Part shown: piece by piece, positions 59,158 through 64,000 of the stretch
How the letters are laid out: every line of letters starts with the position of its first letter
How positions within the stretch are numbered: the first letter of the stretch is position 1
NCBI GenBank assembly: GCA_009103225.1
Contig: RHPI01002411.1
Location: forward strand, 28-64,027
Length of the DNA: 64,000 nt
Source: Chlorokybus atmophyticus
Taxonomy: Eukaryota; Plantae; Mesostigma and Chlorokybus algae
Direction: 5' to 3'
Program-made: the position numbers and the translations under genes
The notes under the pieces: generated by a model
What the model was told of the DNA's origin: nothing
The model's database searches: none
The model's input: the letters and a program-made list of their open reading frames with translations, nothing else

Positions 59158-62100
59158 CTAGGGTGGTGGTGGTGGCGGTGGTGGTGGTGAGTGTCTGCTC
59201 AAGTAGTAGCCGATCAGGTTATGATAAATGGCTTTGGTGTAGTGTGGGCCCAGGTGCATAACTTCCCGTTGTGCCGCAGTGAGGTGTGTATATGATCTGT
59301 TCGCCATGTTCTGATCAAGCAGAAGCAAAAAGTGAGTGAGGCCCGGCTGCAGAGCACCAAACGCCTCCAAAGTGTTGGCGTACAAAGGGAGCCCATTCTC
59401 CGCTCGCCGTTGATTGATGTCACGGAGGTAATGGTGCGCTGTGTTTCGGATCAAAACACACAGTGCAGCAGGATCACTGTCCCAAGTGTCTCGTGTCGCT
59501 TGATTGTTCCTCTGCGCCCAGGCATTGCGAGCTTGTATGCAGACCGCAAGCTCTGGAGCCATCAGCTGTTGCAAACCTTGCAAGTACTGTTGTATGCGCT
59601 GGGTAGTCTGTGCTCCTCTTTCGCTCAACGAACGTGCCCGCGCGCCGGGACTTTCAGCCAGGAAGTCCTCCACCACAACCCGCATCCACTCATCAACCAG
59701 CACGCCTTCCATGCGAATTTGCTGTTTTTCAACGAGCTCCAGGTCATCTTCTAAGTTCGTGACCCGCCTATCAAGTTGATTGTTCTCCCTTTGCTGTTCA
59801 ATGATTTTCTCTTGCAGTTCAGCTTCTGGCGGTAGTGCGGACGTGGAAGGAATGTCAGCAGCTCCACCACCTGGCATTACAGTCTGCAGCATCTGAAGCG
59901 TTTCCTCGAGCCTCTGCTGGGTATCTTCGAGCAGCTTCTCTGTATGACTGACACGCTGCATGGCTTGAGCAACGTTTTCTTCCGATTCTGCCAGGTCCGC
60001 CTGCGCCTTCAGGATTTCCGGGTCGTCCATGGTGGCTGGTCGCTTGCCGTCTTTGATAAGCTTCTTATTGGACTTCTGGAGTTTGGCATTTTCCTGACGC
60101 AGGCGTTTCACCTCCGCATTCAGGGCGTCTGCTTGCCTGCTTGCCTCTGCTTGCAGCTTGCCCCCAGTCTCTTGCGTTTGAGAGGCCAGCCGCTGGAGTT
60201 GTTTGTTGAGAGACTCCACTCTTGCTTCGAGGCGGTTCTTCTCAGCAGTCAAAGATTCAACCTCTGTTTGCAACCTCTCTTGCGCCTGTTGAGAGGCCTT
60301 CCCGAGTTTTTCATTAAGAGACTGCACTGCTGCACGGAGCTTCCTCCTGGCCTCCTCGCCTGTGCGCAGGCGCTCGCGCAGGCTCTCATTGTCCTGCCGT
60401 AGGCTGCTCGCCTGCAGCTTCTTCCTGGCCTCCTCGGCTTGGCGCAGGCGCTCACTCAGTTGCAAGTTCTCCTCTCGTAGGCGGTCCGCCTCTTCACGCA
60501 CCTGCTGAGCGGAGGACTCCTGCTGCTGCTGCTGGCCGCTGCTCTCCTCCAGCTTCTTCCTGGCCTCCTCGCTTTGGCGCAGCCGCTCAGTCAGGCTTGC
60601 ATTGTCCTGTCGTAGACGGTCCGCCTCCTCAAGCGCCTTCTGCTGAGTGGACACCTCCTGCTGCTGCTGGCCGCCGCTCTCCTGCTGCTTCTTCCTGACC
60701 TCCTCAGCTTGGCGCAGGCGCTCACTCAGTTCTGCATTTTCCTTTTGTAGGCGGTCCGCCTCCTCACGCGCCTGCCGCTGGAGGGAGGCCATTTGCTGAA
60801 GCTGGATTTGGAGTTGAGAGGCCTCCTCGGCTTTGCGCGCAGCGTCACGCGCTTGTTGCGAGGCCTCCTCGGCTTTGCGCAGGCGCTCCTGCAGGCTCTG
60901 GATCTCCTCCAAGCGTGCTGCTGCTGATCCTTTGAAGCTGCTCCTCGCCTGCCGTAGGCTCACATTCTCTGTTTCCAAGCGTTGCCTCTCCGCATTGGTC
61001 CACCTCAACTGGTGCTGAAGCGTGTCTTCCTGCTGCTTCCGAATGGAGTCTTGGTGTGACTGCTGACGCTGAAGTCTTGCATTAAGGGCGTCAACCTCTG
61101 CTTGGAGCTTTTGTGCTTGCGCGGAGGGCTGCTGCTGAAGCTAGTCAAGAAGGTTCCACTGCTTTTTCCTGGCCTCCTCGGCTGTCGCCAACTGCTGTCG
61201 TAGGCGGTCCCTGTCAGCAGTGGTGGCAACCAACTCTTGCGCTGCATCCTCACGCTGCAAGGCCAGCACCAACTCTTCATCCAACTCGCTGATCCTGTTA
61301 AAGGCGGCCTTGACGTCATCTTCAATGCGCTTGCAGCGGGTGAGGTGCTCTTTCAAGGCAGGGCGTTCACCGCACAGACGTTCAGCTTCTTTCCTCGCCA
61401 GCTCTGAACGCCGAGCATTGATTGCTCCCAGCTCTTGCAAAGTTTGTTGTAGCTGTTGTACGCGCTGGCTGTCTTCTGCTCTGGCCTGATCTTGCTGTTG
61501 CAGCCTTTGTCGCTCAGCATTGGCTGCATCGAGAGCGGCCTGCAGCTGTGGTATGCGCCCCACGGCCTCCTCTCTTTCCTTCTCCTGCTTTGCAAGAGCC
61601 ACCTCCAGCTTCTGTATGCGCCCCCCGGCCTCCTCTCTGGCCTTCTTCTCCTGTTGCAGCAACTCTGCATGCTGTTGGCTAGCCTTGGCTGCTGCTTCAG
61701 CAGCGGCTGATAACTCCGCTGCATGGATGCGCTTGACATCAGCGCCGGCGGATGCAACGGCCTGGGTGCTTGTAGACGCCTCTTCTAAGTGTTGCTGCAT
61801 CGAAACACCAAGTTAGAGCACAAACACAAAACAGCGGGGTCATAGACCGAAATGGACAGTGCGGCCTGTGACGCACAAGTAGCCATAGACTGACTAATGC
61901 TGACTTTGGCCAAGGGTTACCTGAAGTTGGGGCACTTGCTGTTGGAGGTTCTGGACAAAGCCTTCAACCAACTTGGCTATGTTGCTGGCATTGGCGACTC
62001 CTGAACGTGCAGCAGCGATACCGTCTTCCAACTTCTTACGAGCATCGTCGTCGCCGTCACCGTTGCTGTCATCATCGCTGCTTTCATGATCGCTGGGTTC

Positions 62101-63915
62101 ATCACCACTGCCGTCTCCATGATGATCACCTCCAGCAGGTTCATGATGATCACCTCCAGCAGGTTCATCACGACCTCCAGCAGGTTTATCACCTCCAGCA
62201 GGTTCATTACCGCTGACATGCTGACCCTCAGCAGCACCTCCTGGAGTCCCTCCACCAGTTTGATGGCCTCGGTCTATGGCATCCTTCTCTGCGCTTCCTT
62301 GTGGTGGCCTGTCCGGAAACACTAGAGGAACTGAACGTCGCCCTGAAACCCCTCCCAATGCTGCAAGTGCAGCAGCAGCAGCAGCAGCAGAGGCAAGAGC
62401 AGTATTAACAGCAGCTTGAGAAGGATTGCTAGAGGTAGCCGCAGCACCAGAAGCAGCACTAGAAGGAGTCGGACCAGGAGCTGCAGCAGGAATGGATGGC
62501 CAAGGATGGTTGCACTCCCACTTGTTGATGAGGTATGCGCGCAAGGACTTGTAATTCTCAGCCCATCCAAGATCCTGAAAATGGATGGTCTTCATCTGCT
62601 CTTCCAGCCAAACTTCTCGCTTCTGTTTCCTCCGATTAGCAATGGCGTCGATGCGTAGCCGGCGTGTCTCCCACTCCGCCTTGTTGCGTTGCTGCAATTG
62701 CTTTTGCTCAGCCTGCCACTGTGCAGTCGTATCTTGGGCGTTTTTAACATTGGTGCGCACGGCAGCTATCTGCTCCTCAGTCAACCAATGTCGCCTGCTT
62801 TCATTCAGACCATTGCGCACCATGGACAAAATGGTCTTCTCGATTCTTGACTGATAATCCTGCTCCTTCAGCCTGTGCTGATTTGCAGCCCGTGTCACCA
62901 TGGCGCCCTGAGCGGCAATCTCTTGAAGGCCTTTGCGAATTGTAGTCTCTGCCTTACGGAACACTTCCTTGGTAAGTTTCTGCGAATCATAACCACCAGT
63001 TAGAACACGAATTACACACAACTCATTTACGTTTAATAACACAAACATACCCTCTGTTCTTTCTCTTGTTCTATTCTGAAGTCTATCTGTCTTAACAGCA
63101 GGAATAGTCTATCTAGCACGCGTGTAAGCTCAGCGCACTTGCTTTTAGCTGAGTCAAATATCCCTTTTAAAAGGCGTACAGACGCCTCTCTGACAGTGTG
63201 ACTGACTGTGTCGTTCTGGTGACACAAGTGCAGTCTATGAATGCACAATGACATGTACGACCATGCACTGACGAAGCGTTCTCAACACTTACATTCTGTC
63301 TTTGATTTCGGGCGACTTGTGGTCGTTTCAGCACCCTCCATGTGTAGGCGCCTAAAGATTCACCAGCTTGACGCGGTGCAGTGCAAGCGGCGAGGTACGC
63401 GCCGTCTTCGAGCGCGACGCCATGGCGAGCTGCCATCTCTGTTGCCTCCTTGATAAACTTTTCTCTGGCCGCCTCGAAAAAGTACTCCATGACCTGAGGT
63501 AAGATGGTGATCAGCACATTGTTTGCAATGCTGAATGATAAGGTCATAGACCGCACAGCTCTCACAGATGCAGTCTATAACAGCAGGAGACAGTGTCTGG
63601 CAGAGCAAGTGATGTCTATAGGCATGAGCCACAGGCTGCATATACTCACATGGTCTGTAGGTTGCTCGTCTGGAGGTGGAGGGAAGGGATCGTATTCCAT
63701 GAGCAGCTCTTCCCCGGCGGCGATGTCACTCTGACTCCTAACCTCAGCTGCCTGCACCGCAGCCTCATCAACGGAGTCCATGATGTGGCAGTTGGGTTTG
63801 TACTGCGTATCGCGGCTGGAGTTGAGGAAGCCAGCTATGTTCCCATATCGAGGGTGGCCATCGATGACAGGGCTCTGGCGGCGTGGCACGTCCATGATGA
63901 CCTGCAGGTGGTATC
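59158..63915 (-). pseudogene. Multi-exon SET-domain / giant coiled-coil gene 2 (5' part cut by Copia LTR at window edge)
   Basis: SET exon 63651-63915: RYHLQ...VIDGHPRYGNIAGFLNSS...KPNC...DIAAGEELLMEYDP. Later exons are helical, then low-complexity, then coiled-coil. ORFs 61141-61800 and 59158-61008 share a frame, separated by one TAG. Confidence 0.82.
60300..60775 (-). repeat. Coding tandem repeat, about 40-45 aa (EEADRL..EN..L.ERLRQ.EEARKK)
   Basis: Three near-complete units plus one partial unit in the coiled-coil ORF. Confidence 0.88.
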
Positions 63916-64000
63916 TGTTGAGAGTATTCCTACATACGATCAGCATCGACCCTCCGCACAGGAGTAGAAGGTCGTAAGGACGAGCACTAGGTCCGGACTT
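63916..64000 (+). mobile_element. Start of a Copia family A LTR inserted in the SET exon of gene 2
   Basis: TGTTGAGAGTATTCCTACATACGATCAGCATCG..., essentially identical to the other family A LTRs. Confidence 0.95.

Larger units (their letters stand above)
55688..64000 (+). mobile_element. CACTA/EnSpm-like DNA transposon (left end in window; continues past window end)
   Basis: CACAGGG terminus with about 270-bp imperfect TIR matching 1540-1812. Tnp2-like gene on +, convergent SET/coiled-coil gene on -, and a shared intronic motif in both genes. Confidence 0.75.

Noticed and set aside
59158-63048. Long coiled-coil ORFs as a host myosin/SMC/kinesin gene or a giant-virus gene
   Set aside because: No motor or ATPase motifs and no NCLDV hallmark genes seen. 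The frame links by splicing to a SET exon inside a TIR element.

Overview
Eukaryotic, transposon-saturated window with no recognisable host housekeeping gene. Spliceosomal GT-AG introns and half-tRNA-primed Copia elements suggest a green alga or streptophyte alga (inference). Nesting can be reconstructed from TSDs and in-frame rejoining of interrupted ORFs. (1) A young Ty1/Copia family occurs five times: a three-LTR tandem at 8486-17979 with one intact 1294-aa gag-pol, copies at 25040 and 44753, and an LTR at the right edge. Older Copia fragments and two solo LTRs are also present. (2) Two partial copies of a Ty3/Gypsy family together reconstruct gag-PR-[C5 DNA methyltransferase]-RT-RH-INT-[PHD finger]. 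(3) A complete Academ(X)-type DNA transposon (34488-43954; 35-bp TIRs, AGG TSD) has an apparently intact spliced transposase-XPG-CXC gene and an internal tRNA-like sequence. (4) CACTA/EnSpm-type ends and a decayed transposase are present (1-1812; 55688 onward). (5) Two related multi-exon SET-domain plus long coiled-coil genes sit inside DNA-transposon sequence, each accompanied by its own repeated non-coding motif. The most striking theme is transposons carrying their own chromatin-modifying domains (SET, DNMT, PHD, CXC). All protein family calls come from motif recognition by eye, not database searches. Splice models are manual, and 9287-10356 contains assembly Ns.
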